Below, in pieces: positions 14,101 to 24,495 of a stretch of DNA of 64,000 bases. The translations under genes were made by a program, and so were the position numbers. Origin of the DNA: Yuukianura sp. NJ FZ-2021 (taxonomy: Eukaryota); the NCBI GenBank assembly GCA_046563655.1, contig CM102283.1, positions 372,001-436,000 on the forward strand. Reading direction: 5' to 3'. Below the pieces are notes generated by a model, which ran no database searches, was not told the DNA's origin, and saw only the letters and a list, made by a program, of their open reading frames with translations. How positions within the stretch are numbered: position 1 is the stretch's first letter; each line of letters starts with the position of its first letter.

Positions 14101-14637
14101 AAGGGTGATTTTGGCCGAGGACTTGGTAGTCCTTGCAGATGTACATAACGTATTTTTTCAGACACGATCGTGTCAGGGGTGGCGGCATGTTGGCGGGTAA
14201 ACCGACAGTTCATGATTTTAGGCTAATTTTAGTTTACATTTCTCATGCATTTCAATTCTTAGAATAAGGTATTAGGTTATTTTTACTTAAAGTTACAGGC
14301 AGTAGAAACACTCGTTTCTTCCCTTCTAAACTTCTAACTTACACACACTAATTTACATTGTGTTCTCATTCTGTTCTTTACATTACTAAGGATTAGGAAT
14401 ACTCATTCCTCCTTTACAATTCAGTTTGTCTTTCTTAGGTTATAAATACTAGTGACACACAGTCACTCAGAGTTCAGTCTACTTTCAGCTTAGTAACCAT
14501 CTTCTTTCATTCTTACAAACATTCAATAAAATACAATAACGTAAATTCTCGATGTCTTGATCTCTCTGTGGCTTCACCACAAGTCATTCACTTGCTCTCC
14601 CACATTTCTCATCTGAGGTCACGGAGGTCAACGAACA
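8117..14637 (+). mobile_element. BEL/Pao LTR retrotransposon 1 (full length, inactivated)
   Basis: LTRs 8117-8572 and 14188-14637 (TGTT...AACA, about 6 differences by eye), 5-bp TSD gctat, PBS tggtgccgaaa at about 8576, purine-rich tract before the 3' LTR. Confidence 0.95.
8639..13770 (+). pseudogene. BEL gag-pol polyprotein (Gag zinc knuckles, protease, RT, RNase H, integrase) with two premature stops and a late frameshift
   Basis: KVKLP*LDLPTF (stop 9005-9007), LLDPGA, KLRVVFDGS, EYRL*TITYGT (stop 11105-11107), FYVDD, LHGFSDAS, IPRLELCGA, GLDYAGP, SDCGTNF; frameshift at about 13650. Confidence 0.93.
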
Positions 14638-14653
14638 GCTATGACCTGCTACG

Positions 14654-15650
14654 GTTCCAGCTAAACCAGGTCCCAGGACTGAAGTTGAGAACCTGCTCAG
14701 AGATATTGCCAATATCAACACTGCAGAAAAGTTAAGCGACTTACTAGAGTCTTCAAATTTCGCCAGGGTCGATGACAGGGACTTTAATGCGTTATTTGGC
14801 GGGTTGTTCAAAGCAGTTCGATATGAAACGTAAGCTTTAGCAGAATTCAGAAAAAGTTGCATCAAATGGAACCAAATATTTACTTCGATTTTCTCAGATC
14901 CGATGTAGCCAAAAAGCAGCTACTATAGTTGCGCCAAACAATTTAGACCCGAACTTTTGGTTTGAGAGAAATACATCACAAACTCACACCTCTGTCAATT
15001 TTGCACCCATTCTTCTCGTCTCAACCCAGAAGTGAAGAATGAAATACTCAAAACAATAGCAAAACAAGTTTCGTTTCCTTTTCGACAAATTCCTTGTTAT
15101 CATTGTCAGACACTTCCGAAGTATTGGAATGGTTGTCAGCTTTCGCCAAAGTAATTATTATAGATTTAATTATTCAGATTTTACCAATTACAACCGTCTC
15201 CATTCTCCTGTAGATTCTTCAGGTATTTATGGGGGTTCGCGATATACCTATGTTCGGGTACACTGATATATATGGTATACCGAGAAACTAAAGAAAATCT
15301 TTCCCGCCAAAAATTCAAAACAAGAAGAGAAATAAAAACTATATGGGTGAACGGGGTGAAGTTTGAGATGTATTTCTCTCAAACCAAAAGTTCGGGTCTA
15401 AATTGTTTGGCGCAACTATAAATAGTGTTGGAATGCAGAAGCTAATGAAGACTCTGCGTCATTATTGTCGATTCCTCAACGTGGGGGAACTGATAACGGC
15501 TGTCAAGTTTTTCGTGTTTCTAAACACGCCTGCATCAAATCCTACTCTGCAAATGCTACTGAGACTAATTTCCACACAGGCCAACTCCATGACACTGTCG
15601 GAGTTGATTTACGTAAGCTTTCTTTTGGAAAAAATCGGGTCATCTACGGT
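14654..15650 (+). pseudogene. Two-exon fragment of a host gene, probably FASTK-family helical-repeat protein; exon 2 interrupted by a MITE
   Basis: Exon 14654-14829 (VPAKPGPRTEVENLLRDIA...), GT-AG intron 14830-14897. Exon 2 is in frame after MITE removal (SDVAKKQLL|NSVGMQKLMKTLRHYCRFLNVGELITAVKFF...ELIYVSFLLEKI). Family assignment is from recalled similarity only. Confidence 0.5.
14926..15418. mobile_element. MITE with about 65-bp TIRs and TA TSD (Tc1/mariner-type)
   Basis: TA|tagttgcgccaaacaatttagacccgaac ... gttcgggtctaaattgtttggcgcaacta|TA. Confidence 0.9.
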
Positions 15651-15680
15651 TGTTCTACCTAACCTTTGCAAATGGCGGAA

Positions 15681-16555
15681 AAATTGCATAAGTGTGGAGT
15701 AGTACTTTTGTCAAGAAAAAATTAGTTTTTTTGCATTAACTGTTTGGTTTCAGTGTACTGAGTAAGAATTTGGCCGCGGAGGCCAAACTTTTCACTGTTT
15801 TCAATTTTTTTCAAAATTTTGAAAAAAATTTCGGAAAAATTTTTTCCCCTCGGATTTCGACGAAATTCATTTTCTTCACTAATTTAAGGGTGCTGAATCC
15901 GAAAATGCAATTAGATTTTGCCTAAAGCAAGAAACAAAAAAGTTTTGAATTTTTAAACCTGCGGCAAAACACAATTTTCCGGTGAAAAGGGCTGGAGTAA
16001 CGGAGATGTACCACGAGTTAAGCTTCCATATCAAATCCCGTATCCCGCCCTACCTAGTAGAACTAGACAGTAGAACCTACAGACGTAAACACTATTGCGT
16101 GCTAAACCAAACCTATCGCGGCGCCGGTCGGCGCGGTAACCTATGCTAAGCTAGCCACAATTAATCAGTATTGCGAAGTATGTTAGTGTAATTTGGGAAT
16201 GGCCTCGAGTGGATATGCGAGGGGGTTTTACGGCTCCCCTTCCTTTTTTACCCGAAAAAATGGGTTTTGTGTTGAGTTTAAAAATTCCTAACTTTGTTGT
16301 CTTTTGCTTTAGGCAAAATCTAATTGCATATTCGGATTCAGCACACTTAAATTAGTGCAGAAAATGAATTTCGTCGAAATCGGAGAGAAAAAAAAATTTT
16401 CGAAATTTTTTTTCAAAATTTTGGAAAAAAATTGAAATCAGTGAAAAGTTTGGCCTCCGCGGCCAAATTCTTACTCAGTACACTGAAACCAAACAGTTAA
16501 TGCAAAAAAACTAATTCTTTCTTGACAAAAGTACTACTCCACACTTATGCAATTT
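15681..16555. mobile_element. Foldback-type non-autonomous element with about 290-bp inverted arms
   Basis: aaattgcataagtgtggagtagtac...gaatttggccgcggaggccaaac is inverted at about 16260-16555. Termini and TSD not clean. Confidence 0.8.
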
Positions 16556-17554
16556 AGTCCAAGTCAAAATTCCGTGCAGATTGTTGATTCTTCAAATTTC
16601 TCCGTTGCCCCGACAAACACCGAAATTGACGAAAAATAAACCGAGCAGCATTGTACCCAATTGTCCCCAGTATTAGTTGCATTTTAACTAAATTATACTT
16701 TACGCATTAGCCAATGAGCACCCATGGCATAATTAAATTAAGAGTTATGCCCAACTCCGCATAGCCAAAATTTGAATGGTAAACACTCGTCTCTTTTACA
16801 ACAACCTACCATCTATATTATTTGTTCTTTGTTCTGTGTTTTCATTTGAGTGTAAAAAATTCAATTGTTTGAAAAGTTTAGTTGATTAACGGCAATATCT
16901 TTTGGTTATTTACAATTACAATTAAAATGAGTCCCAAGTCTGTTGAAGAGAAAAAGTTGATACTCAACGTTAAAGAACTCTTTGACAAAGAAAAAACTTT
17001 GTTCGAGAATGCAGTGAACATGAATAAGCTCAAGAAAGAAGACATACCGATTAAGTACAGCGACGTTTGTAAACGGACAGCGCAAGCCCTAAAGGTAAAT
17101 ACCGTACCGAAACTTTTATTCCTTGGTTGTACTAGGTTGTTATAAATTGTTTTATTGACTTTATTGGTACTAATAGGTTAGTGAAAGGATGGTCTCCAAA
17201 TTAGCAAGACAAGTTACTTGCTCAAGAGAACTCCAAGGATCCATCGCGAGATATTCATATTCTCTGGTTACCAGTCGCTCACTGTGAGCTCAATCCGATA
17301 GAGTTGATTTGGGCTGCAGTCAAGGGTAATTTGTGTTTAAATTCTAATTTAAAAAAATTTATCTTCATATTTTTTTATTTGATTTTTAGATGCAGTAAGA
17401 AAAAGGAATAGAACTTTTAAAATGAAAGAACTGCTTCCCATCGTCCAAGAAGTGATACAATTACCTGAGATTGACCAGTTCTGGCAAAGCTGCTGTCGTC
17501 ACGTAATTGCTTTGGAGGAAATGATTATGCATGCTGAAAAAATTGCAGAGGATT

Positions 17555-20500
17555 TGAAAGATATTGTGCTTTCTTACTGGGATCACTGGAATCACCGATT
17601 CTCAGTGTCCTAAAAAACTAATTAAAGATTGGAAGTGGCAAGCAGAGTTAATTGATTTGTGTTATTTTATTTTTCACAATTCTTACTCCAAAACAAACAG
17701 AGTCCCGCTCCTGCCTCTCCTACTTCCAGTTAGCGTCTCTTCTTTCTTCTTATTAATTTTTTACGGCAAAAAGGAGCGTCACACATAAACATAAGTCAAC
17801 GGACAAAATTACTAAAAATAGTCAAAATGACAATGAGAATACCACTGTACATGTTTGCTTAGGAAATTCTATTCTTAACCTAAACACAACAAATACGATA
17901 CTCAGGATTTCCAACATCATCCCACCTTTCTTTCCTGGGAAGTGAAAGAAACCATTGCACCTTCATCATATGGTTATGTTAACAACAATAAAATTAAAAT
18001 GAACAATGCTTAAAATTACTCACTTAACTTAACAATTATCAAATTTAAAATAGTATGATACATGGAATTGCGGAAAATTCAAATCCCTAAAAATTGATCA
18101 TACCGTTGAGGCTTCTTAATTACTCTCCCTCGTCTGGTCGTAACTTCCGGTTCTTCTTCCACTTCGTGTAGAACCTCTGCTGCCTTTGGCTTCGGTTTTC
18201 TGACGGAAGTAGATTCCAAGACGACATCGGGTCCGACACCCAGACACACAGGGGGCATGGGCAACTCCTCAGTTACTTCCAGGGGGTACAAACGCTGGAT
18301 TGGCCTAGTTAGCGGACCAACTGCCGTTTGGAGTTTGACGACTCGAATCACCCCGTCCTTCCCTGGCACCAGTTCGACGATTCTTGCCAAAGGCCAATTT
18401 AGTCGCTTGGAGTTATCGCTCCCGATGAGAACCACATCTCCTATTTTGGCCTCGCGAGTCGGCTTCTCTTTTCCACGTTGTATAAGCAGCGACAAGTATT
18501 CCTTGCGAAATCTGGATTTGATTTCTTGACGGACGCGAGTTAGATGACGAAGTTGACCCTGCAGTTTCGTGACTTCAGCCTCATCTACTTCTGGAAGTTG
18601 AGTCTCCGTAATTTCTTGAAGAAACATTGCAGGCGTCAGCGGAATAAGGTCGTCAGGATTTTCTGTGGCTACAGTCAGCGGCCGAGAATTGACCACAGCT
18701 TCTGCGTCACACACACACGTTAATAATTGTTCAAATGTTAGAGTGCTTTTACCCAGAATCCGCTTCAGAATGTCTTTCATGGAGCGAACCAATCGCTCCC
18801 AGAAACCACCCCACCACGGCGCTGAAGGTGGATTAAATTTCCACTGGATCCTTTTGATTTTGAACTCTTCTTGAATTCTACTCCAGTCCAGCGTAGCGAA
18901 TAGGTTCTCTGCACCTCTAAAGTTGGATCCATTGTCGCTGTAGATGACACTTACTCGTCCTCTCCGATCAATGAATCGTTGGAGCCCGAGAAGGAAACAT
19001 TCGGTACTCAAAGAAGTTAGAAGTTCAAGATGAACGGCACGGTATACGGCACATGTTGCTAGTAGAATGTAGACTTTGCTACCGTCCTTGAGGTAGAGGG
19101 GCCCTGCCAAATCTAGTCCTGTTACTTCGAAGACTTTCGCCGTCTTCACTCTATCCTCTGGTAACATTGGTAGTGATGTATCTCCGTATGGTTTCGAATT
19201 GAATCGTCGGCAAGTGACACACTTTGAAACCACTCTGCTGACGGCTCTTCTTGTCTGGAGAATCCAGTACTTCTCCCTGACCTTGGAAATGAGGAATTGA
19301 ATGCCTCCGTGACTGTTGTCTAAATGAAGTTGTCGAATCAGCTGATCCACAAATGGATGAGAATTTGGAAGAAGGAGTGGTTGACGAAATCCAATTGAAT
19401 CATCACGGTGTAGAAGTCTTGTCTTCACTCTCAGGAATCCTTCTGTGTCCTGGACAACTTGAATTCCACTGATGACTGAACTTTTGTCAGGAAATGCTTC
19501 ATTTTGGACTTTTTTCACCAGTCTGAGTTCAGCATCTTCTATCTCTTGAAATGAAAGTAGTCCTCTGAGCCTTGATTCCTTTCTGCACCTACAATTATGA
19601 ATGAAACGGGAAACGAAGGCGATTACTTTCAAATTTCTGTTCAATGAGGAGAATGTTGAGAGGTAAGACGGACAAACGCTCTGAATTGCTACTGCTGAAC
19701 TTGTGATGCACTTTTTCATTTCCGATCTCACAAGTCTGTAATCTGCACTGAACTTTTGACACGGCCAGTCCCCTATGTCTTTCTTTAACCACTCTGGTCC
19801 ATCCCACCATTTGGATTTTTGCAATTCCAGTGCTGAACACCCTCTCGAGGGTAAATCCGCCGGGTTGAGAATGCCTGGAACAAACTTCCAATCGGACGAC
19901 TTGGTTAAACTCAAAATGTCACGAACCCGATTACCCACAAATGTCCCCCAGCAGTCGTTGTCTTTGATCCAGGATAAAGCTGTGGAGGAGTCGCTCCAGA
20001 ACGTCTTCTTAACTTTTGCCAAATCCAAAGCGACTGAGACGGATTCAGTTAACCTCGCTCCAATCAGACAAGCCATTAGTTCAAGTCGAGGAATTGAGAC
20101 TGTCTGAATTGGCGCTGCTCGAGACTTTGCTTGTAGTAACTGAACACTTACACCGTTTTCATCCTGACATCGCAGGAATACCACAGTAGCAAAGGCGAGT
20201 TTTGAAGCGTCACAAAAACAATGAAGTTGCCAGGATTTGTGTATGGAGGTTCCACCAGTGACGTTCCTTGGAATCTGAATGTCCGAAACACTGCTCAACT
20301 CCTCCCACCACGACAAAAACTTCCTCGACACTTCACCGGAAAGTTCATCGTCCCATCCCACCTTATTAACCCATGTTTCTTGTAACATTATTTTGGGAAG
20401 GACAAGCACTGGGCACAAATACCCAACTGGATCAAAAACTTTTTGCACACTGGAAAGTATGATCCTTTTTGTTACCTTGGTTATTGGATCTGCTTCCTGA

Positions 20501-23500
20501 AATTCACAAAATAGAGTATCAGAACGTAAATTCCATTTCATACCGAGTACTGGAGTGGCAGTTGACGTGTAGGCATAACCACTGCCGGTTTCCAATCCGC
20601 ACCCATCGTCAGTAGACGAGCCGATTCTGGATCCCTCCACAGCAGTAAATGCCCACTGCCGAAGCTCCATTTTCGCTTCACTCATGATCTCCGTAGCTTC
20701 TTCTTTAAAAGTTTGCAATTCCTGAACGGAATCAACAGATGTGACACAGTTGTCCACATAAAGAGCCCGGAGTAGATGCTGAGCACTCTCACGACGATGA
20801 TCATTGATGGTTGAAATGTGGTACTGGATAACAGCTGCTAAAAGAAAGGGACTGGAATTAACACCAAACACTACTCTCTTATGTCGAAATACGACTTGAT
20901 TGGCTGCGTTCACACTGTCCCACCACAGGAAACGCAAATAGTCACGATCACTTTTCAGTACTTCGATCATCAAAAAAGCTTTTCTGATATCCGCGACGAC
21001 CCCAATCTGTCCAATTCGAAAACGTAAAAGTACTGCGGGTAGGAGCTCGAGCAGGTTGGGTCCTTTCTCTAAACAGTCGTTTAAAGATGGCGATCTACCA
21101 CTGCGACATGAAGCGTCAAACACTGGTCGAATGGGAGTTGTCAGACTCTCGGGCTTGATCACTGCTCGATGAGGTAAATAATATGATGAACTGTTCACTT
21201 CACACTCAGGGACAAGTTCGATCACACCTTCATTTAACCAAGACTTAAACACCTGATCATAAAGATGAAACATACCCTTGGAGTTTAACTTGGCAGTAGT
21301 GTTGATCAGTCGTTTTTCTGCGACATATCGATTGTCTGGAATCTTCTGGACCCCACTAATCCACGGAAGGGAGACGGAGTACCGCCCATCATCAGAGCGA
21401 GAAATTGTGGACAAAAATTGATCCATTGTCAACTTCTCCTTCTCCTCTTTTGAAGTGGCCGCAGCACGGTCTTGGATCCCCAGTACATCCAGTTCCCATA
21501 ATCTTGTAATGTCGCAGTTGGAAACATACATCGACGTGACCGTCATTGCAATCGCAGACTGAACATTGTTCGTAGCTCCGACAAGAGTCCACCCGAGCTT
21601 CGTCTCGATCGCAGAGAGTCCGTTTTCTAGTTGTTCAACGCGACCTGTTAACATAGAACCATAGCAATCAGCACCAATCAGTAAATCAATTTGTGGTGTT
21701 CCAGTCCCCAGGTCACTTATCCAGATCTTCTTTTCCTTGAGAGCATGGAGCCACGGACCGACTGAAAGACGTGGAATATTTCCACAAATGTTGTCGTGGT
21801 CCAGAACGCTCAGTTGATGACTGGATTTTCCTTTTGGATTTTCCAACTTCAGATCATAACTCCGGTGTATTCTATTTTCAGTGGAGCAACCAAACAAGAT
21901 ATGACGAAGTTGTATAGAACCCGTGGGCTTTAGTTCGAGGAGCTCAGCAGTCTTTTTTAAAATGTACGAACGCTGAGATCCACTGTCTATAATTGCCCTC
22001 AAACTAAAACACTTGTCACCATTGTTCACTTTAACAATCAGAGTTTGAAGTACCACTTCTTTAGAGCAGTCCAAACTTGAAAACGCTGATTGTGTAACAT
22101 TTGATGGTTTCTCATCCTTCTTCTTTGCGCCAACCTCGGGACACATGATGGATAAATGTTTCTTTTGACACAACAGGCACTTAACAAACTTACGACAAAC
22201 TTTTGTTGCATGACCAACTTTCAAACACTGTCCACAAGCTTTCTTTGCTAGGACACGAGCCTTACGTTCATCCAAGGTCAAAGTAGGAGCTTTAAAACAC
22301 TGTTGGCTGTCATGCGGCTTTTCACAAAACAAACACAAAAGACGTTGCTGCTGTTGACCTGAGAACAGTCCTGCAGCTGTCGGCGTTGCTTCCGTTGAAT
22401 CGGTTGGAGTACCCCTTCGCTCAAATTTTAGCGGCTTCTTTGAAGATGGAGTGATTCCAAAACCGGTCTTTGCTAGGCAACGCTGCTCCTCACCTTCTAC
22501 CTCCTGTCTTAGGAACGCCATTAAATATTGTAGCTCGTTCATTGGAGGATCTTCATTGGCACCGTCACGTCCATAATTGCTACTGCGCTGCCAGGCGGTG
22601 AGGATGTCCTCTGGTAGACTCGATTCTACCATTGGGTACAGAAATGTAGCGGTCTGGTCACTGCTGACTCCAAGAGTCTCTAAAGCACGAAGATGGGATT
22701 CTAATTTGTCGTAAATCTTGAGAGGAGTTACCTTGTCTCGTCCGCTGACTGAATTCTCGACTACCATCTTCAGCAGCTCCCGGACGTAAACTTGTTTTAG
22801 TAACTTCTTTCTCCCAAAGCGACGTTGTAGTTCCTCAACCGCTTTCTTGTAGTTGGCTGCACTTTGAGGATAACTGTTGATTACTTCTTGTGCTCTAGAT
22901 CCAGCCACAATCGATTGATACAAGTATTGGAACTTGTCACTGTCGTCGATTTCAGGATCTAAATGAACTTTTTCAAACTGAGCCCAAAATCCTAACCACT
23001 CACGCAAGTCCCCGTCGAATTTTTTAATTTCAATTTTGGGAAGCTTGTATTTTCGGTTGGCGGATTGAGCCGAACTTGTTGAACCAGGACTGGTTGGGAA
23101 AACCACATCACTTTTCTTGTTGACAAAGGTGTCAATTTTCTGTTTGATGGTAAGGTACCGTTCTTCGTAATCTTCTACGGTCTTACGTTCAGCCTCCATC
23201 GCTTCCTCCGATACGTCATCATCGTCCAGTTGAGAGTTCCGAACGTGGCAGTCAAGTTCTCGAACCTGACTCATCAGCGTAATCAATCTCTCCAACTTGA
23301 CCTGAAGAACATTCAAATCGGGCGTAGACGACTGGAGTAACTTCTCGAGGTCCGTCATTAAAATGGTCATTGACCGACGATGGATGCCTCGTTCCTTTTC
23401 GTGTCTTCCCATGTCGTAAATCACGAACAATCACAACACTCAAAGTACTGTGAATAAACACGATAAAAATGCCAGTTACAACTGGTCAAAGGGTCACCAA

Positions 23501-23865
23501 ATGAAAGATATTGTGCTTTCTTACTGGGATCACTGGAATCACCGATTCTCAGTGTCCTAAAAAACTAATTAAAGATTGGAAGTGGCAAGCAGAGTTAATT
23601 GATTTGTGTTATTTTATTTTTCACAATTCTTACTCTAAAAACAAAAACAGAGTCCCGCTCCTGCCTCTCCTACTTCCAGTTAGCGTCTCTTCTTTTTTCT
23701 TATTATTTTTTACGGCAAAAAGGAGCGTCACACATAAACATAAGTCAACGGACAAAATTACTAAAAATAGTCAAAATGACAATGAGAATACCACTGTACA
23801 TGTTTGCTTAGGAAATTCTATTCTTAACCTAAACACAACAAATACGATACTCAGGATTTCCAACA
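17555..23865 (-). mobile_element. BEL/Pao LTR retrotransposon 2 (full length)
   Basis: LTRs 23502-23865 and 17555-17916 with few differences, 5-bp TSD ggatt, PBS tggtgaccc (minus strand), PPT ggaaagaaaggtgggatga. Inserted in the Tc1-like transposase ORF. Confidence 0.95.
18079..23430 (-). CDS. BEL gag-pol polyprotein, uninterrupted (about 1780 aa)
   Basis: KLPKIEIKKFDG, three Cys/His knuckles, IIDSGSQRS, RPVFDAS, LYVDN, HCFCDAS, IPRLEL, GLDLAGP, SDNGSNF, APWWGGFWERL. Confidence 0.93.
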   Translation of the reverse strand: MFVIYDMGRHEKERGIHRRSMTILMTDLEKLLQSSTPDLNVLQVKLERLITLMSQVRELDCHVRNSQLDDDDVSEEAMEAERKTVEDYEERYLTIKQKIDTFVNKKSDVVFPTSPGSTSSAQSANRKYKLPKIEIKKFDGDLREWLGFWAQFEKVHLDPEIDDSDKFQYLYQSIVAGSRAQEVINSYPQSAANYKKAVEELQRRFGRKKLLKQVYVRELLKMVVENSVSGRDKVTPLKIYDKLESHLRALETLGVSSDQTATFLYPMVESSLPEDILTAWQRSSNYGRDGANEDPPMNELQYLMAFLRQEVEGEEQRCLAKTGFGITPSSKKPLKFERRGTPTDSTEATPTAAGLFSGQQQQRLLCLFCEKPHDSQQCFKAPTLTLDERKARVLAKKACGQCLKVGHATKVCRKFVKCLLCQKKHLSIMCPEVGAKKKDEKPSNVTQSAFSSLDCSKEVVLQTLIVKVNNGDKCFSLRAIIDSGSQRSYILKKTAELLELKPTGSIQLRHILFGCSTENRIHRSYDLKLENPKGKSSHQLSVLDHDNICGNIPRLSVGPWLHALKEKKIWISDLGTGTPQIDLLIGADCYGSMLTGRVEQLENGLSAIETKLGWTLVGATNNVQSAIAMTVTSMYVSNCDITRLWELDVLGIQDRAAATSKEEKEKLTMDQFLSTISRSDDGRYSVSLPWISGVQKIPDNRYVAEKRLINTTAKLNSKGMFHLYDQVFKSWLNEGVIELVPECEVNSSSYYLPHRAVIKPESLTTPIRPVFDASCRSGRSPSLNDCLEKGPNLLELLPAVLLRFRIGQIGVVADIRKAFLMIEVLKSDRDYLRFLWWDSVNAANQVVFRHKRVVFGVNSSPFLLAAVIQYHISTINDHRRESAQHLLRALYVDNCVTSVDSVQELQTFKEEATEIMSEAKMELRQWAFTAVEGSRIGSSTDDGCGLETGSGYAYTSTATPVLGMKWNLRSDTLFCEFQEADPITKVTKRIILSSVQKVFDPVGYLCPVLVLPKIMLQETWVNKVGWDDELSGEVSRKFLSWWEELSSVSDIQIPRNVTGGTSIHKSWQLHCFCDASKLAFATVVFLRCQDENGVSVQLLQAKSRAAPIQTVSIPRLELMACLIGARLTESVSVALDLAKVKKTFWSDSSTALSWIKDNDCWGTFVGNRVRDILSLTKSSDWKFVPGILNPADLPSRGCSALELQKSKWWDGPEWLKKDIGDWPCQKFSADYRLVRSEMKKCITSSAVAIQSVCPSYLSTFSSLNRNLKVIAFVSRFIHNCRCRKESRLRGLLSFQEIEDAELRLVKKVQNEAFPDKSSVISGIQVVQDTEGFLRVKTRLLHRDDSIGFRQPLLLPNSHPFVDQLIRQLHLDNSHGGIQFLISKVREKYWILQTRRAVSRVVSKCVTCRRFNSKPYGDTSLPMLPEDRVKTAKVFEVTGLDLAGPLYLKDGSKVYILLATCAVYRAVHLELLTSLSTECFLLGLQRFIDRRGRVSVIYSDNGSNFRGAENLFATLDWSRIQEEFKIKRIQWKFNPPSAPWWGGFWERLVRSMKDILKRILGKSTLTFEQLLTCVCDAEAVVNSRPLTVATENPDDLIPLTPAMFLQEITETQLPEVDEAEVTKLQGQLRHLTRVRQEIKSRFRKEYLSLLIQRGKEKPTREAKIGDVVLIGSDNSKRLNWPLARIVELVPGKDGVIRVVKLQTAVGPLTRPIQRLYPLEVTEELPMPPVCLGVGPDVVLESTSVRKPKPKAAEVLHEVEEEPEVTTRRGRVIKKPQRYDQFLGI

Positions 23866-24495
23866 GGATTTTCTGGAGTTCAATCGAGAGCGGATTATCA
23901 TTAATCTTGGAGAAAGTTCATCGGAATCTGATACCAGCTCCGATGAAGAATAATTTGTTTGTTGTAACGCCCTCCGACGCTAGAACAACTGAAAAACAAT
24001 CCTCACCAGACTCTCTCTGAGCCCACAGGCTCCCAGAACCAAATAACCTCCAAGAAATCACCACTGCAAAACCATCGGCGAATAATAAATATATGTATAT
24101 ATTTATTGAGTCGATGAATAATATACACTGAAACAACTGCTAAATACTGATCATAACTACTGATCGCTCCAACTCACTCAATAGCCAATCCAAGACTAAA
24201 CTCTATCTACAGAAACGCATCTCTCTCTGCCTCGCTACATCTCAAAACTCCTGCGACTCCACTCGCCGCATCTCTCTACAATCTCAATAAGATATAATCT
24301 TATGGCTACGAAGCCTACGCAGCAGACGCCAACACATTCCTCTCCAGATGATGGGTGACGAGCCTGACGAACACGGCCGACATCCATCAGCGACAACTCC
24401 AAAGGCGACTGCGCCTCTCGAATCTCTGCAACTCCGTGGCCATCATCCTCATCCATGGTCATCAGCGGAGTCTTCATCGTGGTAATCGTCAACCG

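Larger units (their letters stand above)
6121..14653 (+). mobile_element. Mutator/MULE internal-deletion derivative with about 400-bp internally repetitive TIRs; right TIR interrupted by a BEL element
   Basis: Left end cggttccaggtcatagccgccaat, right end ggctgctat[BEL]gctatgacctgctacg. Arrays of 16-18-bp (aaagcggccaat) subrepeats in inverted orientation at 6121-6530 and 7745-8116. No matching TSD. Confidence 0.85.

Noticed and set aside
20740-20765. YVDN instead of YxDD in the RT of BEL 2
   Set aside because: YVDN is a known variant in some BEL/Pao lineages and is not evidence of inactivation or novelty.
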